Below are positions 50,304-60,349 of a stretch of 64,000 nt of DNA, piece after piece. The stretch is from an uncultured delta proteobacterium (lineage in GTDB: Bacteria; Desulfobacterota; RBG-13-43-22). The position numbers and the translations under genes are program-made. The notes under the pieces were generated by a model. That model did not search any database, was not told the origin of the DNA, and saw only the letters and a program-made list of their open reading frames with translations. How positions within the stretch are numbered: position 1 is the stretch's first letter; each line of letters starts with the position of its first letter. The stretch spans positions 1 to 64,000 of the forward strand of contig CAVUPH010000020.1 in assembly GCA_963743305.1 (NCBI GenBank), read 5' to 3'.

Positions 50304-51629
50304 ATGAAGCAAGTTCACATATCCACTTTCGGCTGCCAGATGAATGACCGGGATTCGGAACTCATGGCCCAAATTTTAGCGGAACATGATTACCAGCGCA
50401 CCGAACTTCCGGAAGAGGCAGATTTGATCCTGATCAATACCTGCAGTATTCGGCAAAAAGCCGAGGAAAAAGCCTATAGCCTGTTGGGGCGACTGAAAAG
50501 TCTAAAAACCAGGCGGCCGGATCTGATTATCGGCATGGGGGGCTGTGTGGCCCAACAGGAAGGAGAGAGACTTCTGGAAAGGATCCCCCACCTGGATCTG
50601 GTTTTTGGCACCCGCTGGATCAGCCGGCTGCCCGGGTTGGTTAAGGCCGTGGAAGAAGAAGGCCGTCGCCTTTCCCAAACCGAAATGGACCCGGCGGTTG
50701 CTTACCGGCCGTCCTCTTCGACGTTTCGATCCTCGCCGGCCAAGGCTTCGGTTACTATCATGCAGGGGTGTAACAATTATTGCGCCTATTGCGTAGTCCC
50801 CTATGTCCGGGGACCGGAGGTCAGTCGACCCAGCCGGGAAATTCTGCAAGAGGTGCAATCCTTGGCAGCTCAGGGAGTGAAAGAGGTCCTGCTTTTGGGA
50901 CAAAATGTAAACTCCTTCGACCGGCCCGGGGAAGAAGGTCTGGGCTTCGTTAAGCTTTTGGAACAAATGGAAGAGGTGCAGGGCTTGGAACGTATTCGTT
51001 TTACTACGTCGCATCCCAAGGACTTGTCGCCGGCCTTGACTCGCTGTTTCGGACGTCTTTCCAAATTGTGTGAGCACATCCATCTTCCCTTTCAGTCCGG
51101 ATCCGACCGGGTGCTGAAAAGGATGAACCGGCATTACACCCGGGATCTTTACCTGGAAAGGATCGCATCGCTCCGGGATCAATGCCCGGAGATCGCCATT
51201 ACGGCCGATGCCCTGGTCGGTTTTCCCGGGGAGACCCCCGCCGACTTTGAACAAACCCTGGAGTTAATCCAATCCGTAAAGTTTGACGACTTGTTTTCCT
51301 TTAAATATTCGGATCGTCCGCCGGCCCGGGCCAGCCATTTTCCGGACAAAATTCCGGAAGCCGAAAAAAGCCGAAGGTTATCGGAATTGCAGGGCGTTCA
51401 AAAAAAGATCACCCTGGACCGGAACCAAGCCCTGGTGGGCTCGATCCAAATCCTGCTGATGGAAGGGCCGAGTAAGAAGTCCGACCGACAGTGGATGGGG
51501 AGGACCCGGACCAATAAAATTGTTAACGTGGCGTTATCCGGAATAAAAATAGGGACCACCCTGTCGGTCAAAATCGATAAGGGGTACGCGCACTCTTTCA
51601 AAGGGACGATGATCCCTCCGCTTCAATAA
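50304..51629 (+). CDS. miaB: tRNA-i6A37 methylthiotransferase
   Basis: TFGCQMN, NTCSIR, GCVAQ, CxxxCxxC radical SAM, GQNVN, TRAM. Confidence 0.96.
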   Translation: MKQVHISTFGCQMNDRDSELMAQILAEHDYQRTELPEEADLILINTCSIRQKAEEKAYSLLGRLKSLKTRRPDLIIGMGGCVAQQEGERLLERIPHLDLVFGTRWISRLPGLVKAVEEEGRRLSQTEMDPAVAYRPSSSTFRSSPAKASVTIMQGCNNYCAYCVVPYVRGPEVSRPSREILQEVQSLAAQGVKEVLLLGQNVNSFDRPGEEGLGFVKLLEQMEEVQGLERIRFTTSHPKDLSPALTRCFGRLSKLCEHIHLPFQSGSDRVLKRMNRHYTRDLYLERIASLRDQCPEIAITADALVGFPGETPADFEQTLELIQSVKFDDLFSFKYSDRPPARASHFPDKIPEAEKSRRLSELQGVQKKITLDRNQALVGSIQILLMEGPSKKSDRQWMGRTRTNKIVNVALSGIKIGTTLSVKIDKGYAHSFKGTMIPPLQ

Positions 51630-51648
51630 GGAATTACGGGGAGGCCCC

Positions 51649-52146
51649 ATGTTACTTCGCATGAAAGTGTACGGTTTGACGATCGATCCCATGACCAATA
51701 GTCCCATCATTATACTCAAGGACTTGGAAGGGGACAAAACCCTGCCGATCTGGATCGGGTTGCTAGAGGCTACGGCGATTGCCAGCGAGATGGAAAATGT
51801 AAAATTTTCCCGGCCCATGACCCACGATTTGATGAAAAATCTATTAGACCAATTGAACATCCGAGTGGCGCGTATCGAAATTTGCGATCTGCGAGAAAAT
51901 ACCTTTTACGCCCTGGTTTACTTGGTAACCCAGGACCAAGAGCTCACCATGGACGCCCGACCCAGTGATGCCATAGCCCTGGCCCTCCGTATGCAAGCCC
52001 CTATATTTGTTGATGAAGAAGTCATTCAAAAATCCAAGGCCGTTGATCTGGGGGCCAAAGAGGAAATCCACTCCGATGATGGGAAAAAATGGACCGAAGT
52101 CCTGGAGGGTTTGGATCCGGATGACTTCGGAAAATATAAAATGTAG
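51649..52146 (+). CDS. Bifunctional nuclease (DUF151) family protein
   Basis: LPIWIG..EA, RPMTHDL, DARPSDAIALALR. Confidence 0.93.
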   Translation: MLLRMKVYGLTIDPMTNSPIIILKDLEGDKTLPIWIGLLEATAIASEMENVKFSRPMTHDLMKNLLDQLNIRVARIEICDLRENTFYALVYLVTQDQELTMDARPSDAIALALRMQAPIFVDEEVIQKSKAVDLGAKEEIHSDDGKKWTEVLEGLDPDDFGKYKM

Positions 52147-52155
52147 CCTCAGTGA

Positions 52156-52569
52156 ATGCGCTTCGCCGGACCTTTAAACCCCTTAACCCTTCCGAAACCC
52201 TGCTGGTGGTCCACGGTTCTTCCTTTTTCCCTCTACTGCCTGGTGATCTTTTATTTATCCTCCCAAACGCGCTTTATTTTCCAGCCCCCGGAGTTTTTTT
52301 CCTCGGATAAGCTATATCACTTTTTGGAGTACACTATCCTGGGGGTTCTGGCCGGTCGGGTGATCAGGGCCTATGCCTTTGATTTTCGGGGTCTATCTTC
52401 AGTGACGGTGGTCAGCTTTTTTTGTCTGCTTTATGGCGTCGGAGATGAATTTCACCAATGGTTTGTCCCGGGTCGTTTTGCCACGGTGGGCGATGTCCTG
52501 GCCGATACTGTCGGAGGCTGGGCCGGGGGTAGGCTCTATTTGATTTTTTGGCTCAAATGGGCGAGATAA
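52156..52569 (+). CDS. VanZ family protein
   Basis: DKLYHFLEY, DEFHQWFVPGR, DVLAD. Confidence 0.88.
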   Translation: MRFAGPLNPLTLPKPCWWSTVLPFSLYCLVIFYLSSQTRFIFQPPEFFSSDKLYHFLEYTILGVLAGRVIRAYAFDFRGLSSVTVVSFFCLLYGVGDEFHQWFVPGRFATVGDVLADTVGGWAGGRLYLIFWLKWAR

Positions 52570-52619
52570 ATTTTCAGACTAAACCCCCATGTCCTGGAGG
52601 GGCGCCCGCGAAGGAGGAA

Positions 52620-52712
52620 AATCCCCCCCGCCCCCCTTTTTCTAAGGGGGGAGTAGAAGGCTTTTTTCCGAAAGACCCCTCCCTTTACAAAAGGGAGGTT
52701 GGAAGGGATTTT
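52620..52712. repeat. CCCCCTTT..AAGGGGG double-hairpin element
   Basis: Near-identical direct copy at 53503-53590. Confidence 0.75.
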
Positions 52713-52781
52713 TTAAAAAAATGAAAAAGGGGAATTAGTACCAATCATACTATGTCAGCACCTTAAGATTGGGAGGACCTC

Positions 52782-53450
52782 ATGATTGATTTACACAGCC
52801 ATTCCCTGATGAGCGACGGGGCACTTTTGCCCTCGGAACTGGTGCGTCGGGCCGAAGTCCGCGGTTACCGCTACTGGGCGATCACCGACCACGCCGATCG
52901 GTCGAATTTGGACCACGTGGTCCCCCGGCTGGTCCAGGTCGCTCGGGAACTGAACCGCTACCAAATCATCCAGGTCCTGCCGGGCATCGAATTAACCCAT
53001 GTGCCTCCGGAAACGATCGGCGAATTAGCGGCGGTCGCCAAGCATTTAGGCGCCAGGCTGATCGTAGTCCACGGCGAAACCATCGCAGAACCGGTCCCTC
53101 CCGGAACGAATCGGGCGGCCATCCTGGCCGGTGTTCATCTCCTGGCCCATCCGGGCCTGATTACGGTCGAGGAAGCGCGTCTGGCGGCAGAAAAAGGGGT
53201 CTACTTGGAAGTGACTTCCCGAAAAGGGCACTCGTTGACCAACGGGCATGTGGCGCGGCTAGCACAGGAGTATAAGGCCCAACTGGTATTGAACTCGGAC
53301 ACCCACGCCCCGGGGGATATCGTTTCCCAGGAGCAGCGGGACCGGGTGGTGCAGGGCGCGGGGTTGGGAATGGATGCCCTGGAAGCAATGGATCGAGCTG
53401 CGGTCGATCTGTTTAACCGCTTGATGGAAGGACTTGAGGATGGAGTTTAA
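52782..53450 (+). CDS. PHP-domain protein (histidinol phosphatase-like)
   Basis: IDLHSHS..SDG, AITDH, PGIELTH, VHGET, LAHPG, NSDTH. Confidence 0.9.
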   Translation: MIDLHSHSLMSDGALLPSELVRRAEVRGYRYWAITDHADRSNLDHVVPRLVQVARELNRYQIIQVLPGIELTHVPPETIGELAAVAKHLGARLIVVHGETIAEPVPPGTNRAAILAGVHLLAHPGLITVEEARLAAEKGVYLEVTSRKGHSLTNGHVARLAQEYKAQLVLNSDTHAPGDIVSQEQRDRVVQGAGLGMDALEAMDRAAVDLFNRLMEGLEDGV

Positions 53451-53502
53451 TTGCCCAGGCCATTATAAACAAAAGGGTTTTAATGGAATAAACCCTCCGA
53501 GA

Positions 53503-53590
53503 AATCCCCCCTCACCCCCCTTTTTCAAAGGGGGGAACCCAAGTTCCGGAAGACTCCTCCCTTTCAAAAAGGGAGGTTGGGAGGGATTTT
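53503..53590. repeat. CCCCCTTT..AAGGGGG double-hairpin element
   Basis: Second copy of 52620-52712. Confidence 0.75.
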
Positions 53591-53611
53591 TGAAAAATTG
53601 GTAAAGGGTGT

Positions 53612-54574
53612 TCAGCCTTTGAGGTCCGCTTCGACCATTTCGCGGATCATTTCCTCAAAGGATATCCGGGGCTGCCAGGCTAAAAGACGATGGGCCTTTT
53701 GAGCGTTGCCGATTAGATCCACCGGTTCCTTTTCCCGGAAAAAAACCGAGTCTACCTGCACATAGTCCTGGTAATCCTTTCCAATACAAGCAAAGGCAGC
53801 CGAGAGCAGGTCCCGAACCGTATGGGGGACCCCGGTAGCAATCACGTAGTCATCCGGACGATCCTGCTGCACCATACGCCACATGGCCTGGGTGTAATCC
53901 CGGGCATGGCCCCAATCCCGGCAGGCTTCGAGGTTGCCCATATGGAGCTTACCGGATCGGCCTTTTTTTAGCCCGGCGACGAAAGAGGAAACCTTGCGGG
54001 TAACAAACTGCGGACCCCGTCGCGGCGATTCGTGATTGTAGAGAATGCCGCTGGAAAGGTGCAGCCCATGATGGCGGCGGTAAAAGCGGCCAAGGTGGAA
54101 GCCCGCTAATTTGGACAGACCGTAAGCCGAATGCGGATGAAACGGAGTCTCTTCATCCTGAGGGGAATGGGGCGCATCGCCGAACATTTCGCTGCTGGCG
54201 GCAAAATAGATCCGGCAGTCGTTGTTGATTTGTCGGAGGCCCTCCAGTAGGTTGTGGGTAGTATAGAGGTTGGCATGCATCATTTCTCGCAGGTTATCAA
54301 AGCCGGGGCTGACATAGCTTTCCGAGGCCAGGTGATAACACTCCTGGGGTTGTATTTCCCTGAGGACGCGAAGGGTGCTGGTCAGGGAATTCAGTTCCAC
54401 GGCGTGGAGTTGGATCCGGCCCAGGTGGGCCTGGAGATGGGCCAGGCGCATCTCTGGATTTTCCAGGGTGGCCGGACGGACGATGCCGTGTACGGCATAG
54501 CCTTTATCCAAAAGGAGCTCCGTGAGGTAGGAGCCATCCTGTCCGGATATGCCGGTAATCAAAGCCTTGGGCAT
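53612..54574 (-). CDS. GDP-mannose 4,6-dehydratase-like (divergent paralog)
   Basis: [45 protein letters not shown]. Confidence 0.88.
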   Translation of the reverse strand: MPKALITGISGQDGSYLTELLLDKGYAVHGIVRPATLENPEMRLAHLQAHLGRIQLHAVELNSLTSTLRVLREIQPQECYHLASESYVSPGFDNLREMMHANLYTTHNLLEGLRQINNDCRIYFAASSEMFGDAPHSPQDEETPFHPHSAYGLSKLAGFHLGRFYRRHHGLHLSSGILYNHESPRRGPQFVTRKVSSFVAGLKKGRSGKLHMGNLEACRDWGHARDYTQAMWRMVQQDRPDDYVIATGVPHTVRDLLSAAFACIGKDYQDYVQVDSVFFREKEPVDLIGNAQKAHRLLAWQPRISFEEMIREMVEADLKG

Positions 54575-54671
54575 AAATGAATTCCCTTTCTTTCCCCTGC
54601 AGTAATCGGCCAAGAATCCGCTTAGATTAGCAACCTCCCCCGGGCTTGTCAACCCTGTCCGGAAAAGCGGT

Positions 54672-54700
54672 TTGACTTTTAGGGCCTCCCTGATTATGCT
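54672..54700 (+). promoter_or_regulatory. sigma70 promoter before GT4 gene
   Basis: TTGACT-N17-TATGCT, 8 nt before ATG. Confidence 0.55.
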
Positions 54701-54708
54701 GGCGAACG

Positions 54709-55830
54709 ATGGGCTCCCGGTCGCTTCATATTGGCGTCATCTACGGTGGAATCAGCGAGCAAAAAGTCGGCATGGACCATTACCTGCACCAGGTCTTGCT
54801 GACCATGAAAAGGCTGGCCCCGCACCATCGCTATACCCTGATCGATCATCGGCTGCAGGCCACCGCCTTTCGGGAGCAGTTCGGACAGGTGAACCTCCCT
54901 CTCCCTGCCGGACCCCTTTCCGTCAGCCGCTGGAACCTGCTGGAAGTCCCAAAAGTCTTGCCCCAATTTGACCTGGTTTTTTCTCCCGGCCTTTACGGTC
55001 CGGCGCGGATTCCTTCGGGCGTCAAAGGGGTCATGGTGGTTCATGATCTGGTCCGCTATCTCTTTCCAGGCTTCTTCGTCTTTAACCCGGTACAGAAGCT
55101 GCTGGATCGTTGGGCCTACCCGGTCATGCTCCGAAACTACCATCATTTGATCACCGTCTCCGAATCCACCCGTGACGACCTGATCCGCTTATTCAAGGTC
55201 CCGGTTGAAAGAATCACCGTCACTCATCACGGGGCTGACCCTCAATTTCGCCCGATCAGCGACCCCTCGGCTTTTGCCGGTCTTCTCCGGAAGTATGGGT
55301 TGGACCAGCCTTTTATCCTCTTCCTGGGAACCCTGGAACCCCGTAAAAACCTGATGACCTTGTTGCGGGCCTTTGCCCCGTTGAAAGAGCGGGTTCCTCA
55401 TTCCCTGGTCCTGGTGGGCCAGAAAGGCTGGAAATGGGAGGGAATCTTTGAGGCTATTAAGACCCTCGGCCTGGAAGAACGGGTCCGTTGGACCGGCTAT
55501 GTGTCCGATGAAGAACGGGTCCTTTTTTACAATGCCGCCGATTTTTTCGTCTATCCCAGTTGGTACGAGGGCTTCGGTATGCCCCTGCTGGAAGCGTTGC
55601 AGTCCGGCTGCCCGGTGATCGCCTCCCGGGTCAGTGCTCTGCCCGAAGTAGTGGGCCAGGCCGGGTTGCTGGTCGATCCCTCCAGCCCGGAAGAAATATC
55701 CCAGGCCATTCTCCGCCTGGTCGAGGAGGGGGGACTCAAAGAACGACTCCGAGAGGCCGGACTGGAGCGAGCGAGGCAATTTTCCTGGGAGGATAGCGCC
55801 CGAAAGACGCTGGAGGTCTTTGAAGGGTAA
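54709..55830 (+). CDS. GT4 glycosyltransferase (mannosyltransferase-like)
   Basis: GTLEPRKN, YPSWYEGFGMPLLEA. Confidence 0.92.
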   Translation: MGSRSLHIGVIYGGISEQKVGMDHYLHQVLLTMKRLAPHHRYTLIDHRLQATAFREQFGQVNLPLPAGPLSVSRWNLLEVPKVLPQFDLVFSPGLYGPARIPSGVKGVMVVHDLVRYLFPGFFVFNPVQKLLDRWAYPVMLRNYHHLITVSESTRDDLIRLFKVPVERITVTHHGADPQFRPISDPSAFAGLLRKYGLDQPFILFLGTLEPRKNLMTLLRAFAPLKERVPHSLVLVGQKGWKWEGIFEAIKTLGLEERVRWTGYVSDEERVLFYNAADFFVYPSWYEGFGMPLLEALQSGCPVIASRVSALPEVVGQAGLLVDPSSPEEISQAILRLVEEGGLKERLREAGLERARQFSWEDSARKTLEVFEG

Positions 55831-55876
55831 CCGGTAATGGATAAAGAAAATAATCTTGTAGTTGCAGAGGTCAAAC

Positions 55877-56047
55877 TCGAAACCGAAATCCGAAATCCGA
55901 AACAAATCCAAAGGTTCAAAATTGCAAATGACCACACCACTCCCTCCCTCGACGGGGGGGGGTGGGGGGATTGGGTGAATCACGAGTTCCCAGATCGCTA
56001 TCGAAGTAGAGGGTGTTTCGGATTTCGAATTTCGGATTTCGAATTTA
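55877..56047. repeat. Heptamer (CGAAATC)n inverted element with nested palindrome
   Basis: CGAAACCGAAATCCGAAATCCGAAACAAAT ... GTTTCGGATTTCGAATTTCGGATTTCGAATTT enclosing 55943-55982 element. Confidence 0.75.
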
Positions 56048-56059
56048 GTCAGGTGGACT

Positions 56060-57293
56060 TTGCGCGTTGCCTTCCTCGGAGATCGTTTGGGTCTGGCCAC
56101 CGGCGGCAATTTATATGTCGCCCGGGTGGCTCAGGAATTGGTGCGTCTGGGGGTGGAGGTATCCCTTATCACGCTGGTGCCGCCCCGGGATGTCGTCTGG
56201 GATTCGGGGCTACGGGTGATTTCTCGTTCGGTCGACTTCACTTTTGGCCGTTCACCCGATAAGGGGAGGCGGTTCTCCTTTCTCCAGGCCAAGTGGGCCG
56301 CCGTCGGGGAGTTACGTAAACTGGTGCGCGAACCCTACGATATCCTCTACTCCGTAGGGGGCCCCTCCAACATCGTCAACCATCTCTGTCATTCCGGCCC
56401 ATTCCGTCCCCGGGCATCGGTAGCCGCCGTCTTTCACCTCTTCCGGCAGGCTCCTTGGTCCCGGTTTCTTTTTTCGGCCGATACCTATCGCAAGCCTTTT
56501 CAAACCATATATCATTCCTGGGGTGACCACTTGGCCAAAAAGTTCACCGTGGTCACCGTTTCCCAATACTGGCGGGATCGTCTCATCCGCCGCGGTTTTC
56601 AGCCGGATCGGGTCCGGGTCATTCCCGTAGGCGCGGAAACCGCGGATTGGCCTCGCCTCGACCCGGAGGAGGCCAAGCAGAAGCTGGGCCTGGCCGGCCG
56701 GCTGGTGGTCTACACCAGCCCCCTGCGGCTGAACAAAGGCATCCTCCAGGTCCTCCAGGCCGTCAGAAACTTAAAGGACCGTTTTCCGCAGCTTTTGGTC
56801 ATCTCCACCGGGGTAACCGACCGACAGACTCAGGAGCAGGTCCGTCTTTTCTTGATCGAAAACCGTTTAGATGATTTTTTTCGCTATGACGGCGTGGTAC
56901 CCCGGGACGAGGTCCCCTGGTATCACTATGCGGCGGATATCACGGTCCTGGCCTCCCAGGAGGAAGAAGGCTGGGGCATTTTCCTGCTGGAGGGAATGCT
57001 CTCCGGTAAGCCGGTGGTCTGCACCCCTCTGGGGGCCATGCCGGAACTGGTTGGGGACCGAGGGGTCGTGCTGGAAGGAAATACGGTCGAAGATTTGACC
57101 CAAGCCGTCGATCGACTTCTGGCTTCTCCCGAACGGAGGAAACAATTAGGACTGGCCGGCCAGGGACAAGCATTGAAATTTTCTTACCAGATCGGCCGCT
57201 AAGGCCCATCTGATATTATTTGAGGAGTTACTCAGGGGTTCGCCAAAAGCCCATCCCCAGGCCGCGGTCGAGATTAAGCCCCGGCCCCGCTGA
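56060..57293 (+). CDS. GT4 glycosyltransferase (frameshift near 57190)
   Basis: KGI, EEGWGIFLLEGM..GKPVV; C-terminus continues in shifted frame. Confidence 0.85.
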
Positions 57294-57325
57294 TAACCGT
57301 TTTCAGACTTTTTACGCGCGTATCA

Positions 57326-58195
57326 TTAAAGGGCAGGTGATTTTCGCCAAGCCTTTTGGATTTGTTTGAATAGAGGTAGGATATTCATTCGGTTACGTCG
57401 CCCGTAATTCCACCAGATCCTTTTCTGCCGGTAGAGGAGGAAGGGCCAGTAGCCCCAAGAGATATACTTGAAGAAGAAATACCAGTCATTGAAGATGCAG
57501 CTTTCCAGGTAGGCATTCGGTAAAGGGTTGCGGCTGCCCCCCTGTTTGACCATGACATGAAAGACCGAGGCCCGGGGTTCGTATTGAATCCGATGGCCTT
57601 TGCGGCGGATTTGCAGGGCGTAATCCACTTCCTCCCACAAGAAATTTCCCCAATAGTTCAAATCGAAATCCCCGACCTCCTGGAGGACATTTTTGCGGAT
57701 GGACATATTGCATCCGTACAGGGTGGGCAGCTCACAGCGCTGGTTGGTGGTGAAGTTCCGGAGATAAGCCCCGGTGCGGGTCAGGCAGGCCGCCCAGGGT
57801 TCGTTGTTTTCCTCGGCCCCTTCGTACATGATCCGGCCGTTCACGGCGCCGATGGAAGGATCTTCATAATTTTCCAGATGATGCCGGATCAGGTCGGGCT
57901 GAAAAAGGACGTCGTCATCCAGGAAAAGTACGATTTCGCCTTGGGTCTCGCGGATGGCGAGATTACGAGCGGCCGTAGTGGAAGGAGGCGATAGGGTCAG
58001 ATGCCGAATGCCCTGACCCTCTCCTTGGAGATAGGCCATTACTTTGGGGAAGGATCGCGTGCTTTGGTCCACCACCAGAATTTCCAAGGGCCGGACCGTC
58101 TGGTCCTTCAACAGACGAAGGACATGGAGCAGGGACTCCTCCCGGTTGAGGGTGCAGATGACGACGGAAACGGAGATGGAGGCTTGGTTGTTCAT
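57326..58195 (-). CDS. GT2 glycosyltransferase
   Basis: SVVICTLNR, VVDQS, ARN, FLDDD, GCNMS. Confidence 0.9.
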   Translation of the reverse strand: MNNQASISVSVVICTLNREESLLHVLRLLKDQTVRPLEILVVDQSTRSFPKVMAYLQGEGQGIRHLTLSPPSTTAARNLAIRETQGEIVLFLDDDVLFQPDLIRHHLENYEDPSIGAVNGRIMYEGAEENNEPWAACLTRTGAYLRNFTTNQRCELPTLYGCNMSIRKNVLQEVGDFDLNYWGNFLWEEVDYALQIRRKGHRIQYEPRASVFHVMVKQGGSRNPLPNAYLESCIFNDWYFFFKYISWGYWPFLLYRQKRIWWNYGRRNRMNILPLFKQIQKAWRKSPAL

Positions 58196-58341
58196 CGCTT
58201 GGTTATACCAAATACGATAAATAAAACGAATATCGAATATCGAACACTGAATTCCGATGATGACGTCCCAAGGGAAAGGCGAGCCCGCGTGCCGCCCTGG
58301 TTAGCGATATCGAACAAGGAATAATGAATGCATAAAGTGGC

Positions 58342-59613
58342 TCACTTCTTAATTCGAACTTCCGTCGTTCGATATTCTTCATTCGTATTTCCCCTGGTTG
58401 TAATCAGTTCCAGAAAAAGGGTCTCCATCTTTTCCGCCACTTTCCCGACCGTAAATCGTTCCCGGACCTTGGCCCTCCCGGCCTCGCCCATTCGCCGGCG
58501 TTGATCGGGATCTTTCAACAGCTTGAGCATGGCCTGGGCCAGGGCCGACGGATCGTCGAAGGGCACCAGATACCCATCTTCCCCAGCTTCCACCAGGGCG
58601 GCCACGGCCGGAATATTCGCTCCGATCACCGGCTTTTTTTGGGCCCAGGCCTCCAGGAAAACCACCCCGAAGCTCTCCACCGCTGAAGGCAGGGCCAGAA
58701 GGTCGGCGGCTGCCAGGAGGTCGATCTTTTCCTTCTCCGGGAAATTATCCAGAGATCGAAGTCGAGCGTCACGTCCCACCGGCAGCCGGTCCAGCAGGTC
58801 CCTAAAATAGGGACTTGTTTGACCGGCTAAAAGGAGAACCGCCCGCGGGGTTTCTTCCCAGACCCGCGGCATAGCCGAAAGCAGGGTTTCGATCCCCTTC
58901 CCCTCCACCTTCCGTCCTAGAAAAACGATCAATGGTTCGTCGGTCCAGCCCTGGCGGCGGCGGAAGGCCTGACCGTCACCGGGGATCAAGGCCTCTTCGG
59001 AGAGACCCTGTCCAAAAACTTGGATTCTCGAGGGCTCGATCCCCTGGGAAATCAGGAATTTTTTTTCCGGTTCCGTATTGGTCAGAACGGCCGAGGCCTG
59101 GGGAAAGATCCATTTCAGAATCTTCAGCAGGGATTCGTTCATCTGGGCTTCGTGAATATGGGGCTGTATTACCCAGGGGCAGCCTAAATAGCTGGCCACC
59201 TGCCAGGCATAGTAGGGGGTGGCAGTGGGAAAGGGAACGGCATAGAGGATATCCGGGTTCAGCTTTCGCGCCTTCGGGATCATTTGGGGAAGGTGGGGCA
59301 CCTGGATCCTGTACCAGAGCCTATCCCCGCCCGGCAATCGACTTCGCAAGGAGAGGGCTCCCAGTTTGGCCAAAAGGAGGCGCTGAAAAGGGCGGAGACA
59401 AACGCGGATAATCCGGATCCCTTCCCAGGTTTCTTCTTCCGGGAGGGAGGGATGAATTTGGGGACGCCGAAAATCTTCCAAGCCCAGTTGATTGGAAGTG
59501 AGCACGGTGACCCGATGACCCCTTTTCACCAACTCCCGCGAAAGCTCGAGCAGGGCCATCTCTGTCCCGCCATGGGCCGGATGGAAGAGATGGGTCAAGT
59601 TAAGGATGTGCAT
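58342..59613 (-). CDS. GT4 glycosyltransferase
   Basis: GGTE, GRKVEGKG, PSAVESFGVVFLEAW. Confidence 0.92.
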   Translation of the reverse strand: MHILNLTHLFHPAHGGTEMALLELSRELVKRGHRVTVLTSNQLGLEDFRRPQIHPSLPEEETWEGIRIIRVCLRPFQRLLLAKLGALSLRSRLPGGDRLWYRIQVPHLPQMIPKARKLNPDILYAVPFPTATPYYAWQVASYLGCPWVIQPHIHEAQMNESLLKILKWIFPQASAVLTNTEPEKKFLISQGIEPSRIQVFGQGLSEEALIPGDGQAFRRRQGWTDEPLIVFLGRKVEGKGIETLLSAMPRVWEETPRAVLLLAGQTSPYFRDLLDRLPVGRDARLRSLDNFPEKEKIDLLAAADLLALPSAVESFGVVFLEAWAQKKPVIGANIPAVAALVEAGEDGYLVPFDDPSALAQAMLKLLKDPDQRRRMGEAGRAKVRERFTVGKVAEKMETLFLELITTRGNTNEEYRTTEVRIKK

Positions 59614-60303
59614 TTATTTTGCTGGAGGGAATAGGGCGCTGATCCGTATCAGGACTTCCGGTTTTTGGGGGTGATCGGTCAAACACTTGATGACGCCGGA
59701 ATAAGACCCCTCCCGCTGAAGATTGGTGATCTTGAGTCGGTAATGACTGCCCGGGACGATGGTTTCCAATTGGGCGCCGATTTTTTCTTTTAAATTATTT
59801 TCAATTTTTAACACCTTAAAATCCTGACCGGTCGCCAGCAGGTCGATGGTTTTTTTATCAGCGTCTTGGGCGGCCGGAGAGAATTGAACGGAGGGACCCG
59901 GACGCAGCTCGATAAACGGTCGGACTTTGCCTTGAAGCACGATTTGGAAGGAAGGTTGCCGGAGGTCATTGCTGAAAATGGTGGCCTCCTTCCAGACCTT
60001 CCCTTGAAACCCCCTGAGATTGACGTTTAACGAAACTTTTCCCTCGCCCCCCGGCGGGATGACCCGGTCAAACCGGGTCACGGCGCAGCCTCAGCCGGGG
60101 CGGACGTCTTTAATTTGCAGGGCCTCGGCGCCGATATTCAATATTTTAAAATCATGACTGACGGTTTCGCCTTCACCCAATTCCCCAAAATCGAAACGGG
60201 GTTCGGGAACCTGCATTTGAACGTTGCCGGCCCAAACAATCCCGGCCCAAACCCAAAGCAGGAGCAGAACCAACCCGGCGGGCCATCTTTTTTGAATGTT
60301 CAC
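59614..60303 (-). CDS. Secreted DUF1573 (Ig-like) protein, probable selenoprotein (U71 in U-G-C)
   Basis: ORFs 60091..60303 and 59614..60081 are in the same frame, joined by TGA GGC TGC GCC; FDFG...HDF..N.G...L.I..V.PG[U]GC...IPPG matches DUF1573. Confidence 0.8.
60059..60081 (-). promoter_or_regulatory. Bacterial SECIS-like hairpin
   Basis: GUGACCCGGU-UUG-ACCGGGUCAU stem-loop starting 9 nt after the in-frame UGA. Confidence 0.7.
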
Positions 60304-60349
60304 GCTAGTGTGCCTCGTTATTCGTTGCAGGTTAAAAATACCGACTTGA

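Noticed and set aside
55837-56262. 141 aa ORF (EIRNPKQI...FRISDFEF)
   Set aside because: Translation of the heptamer/palindromic repeat element overlapping the GT4 gene.
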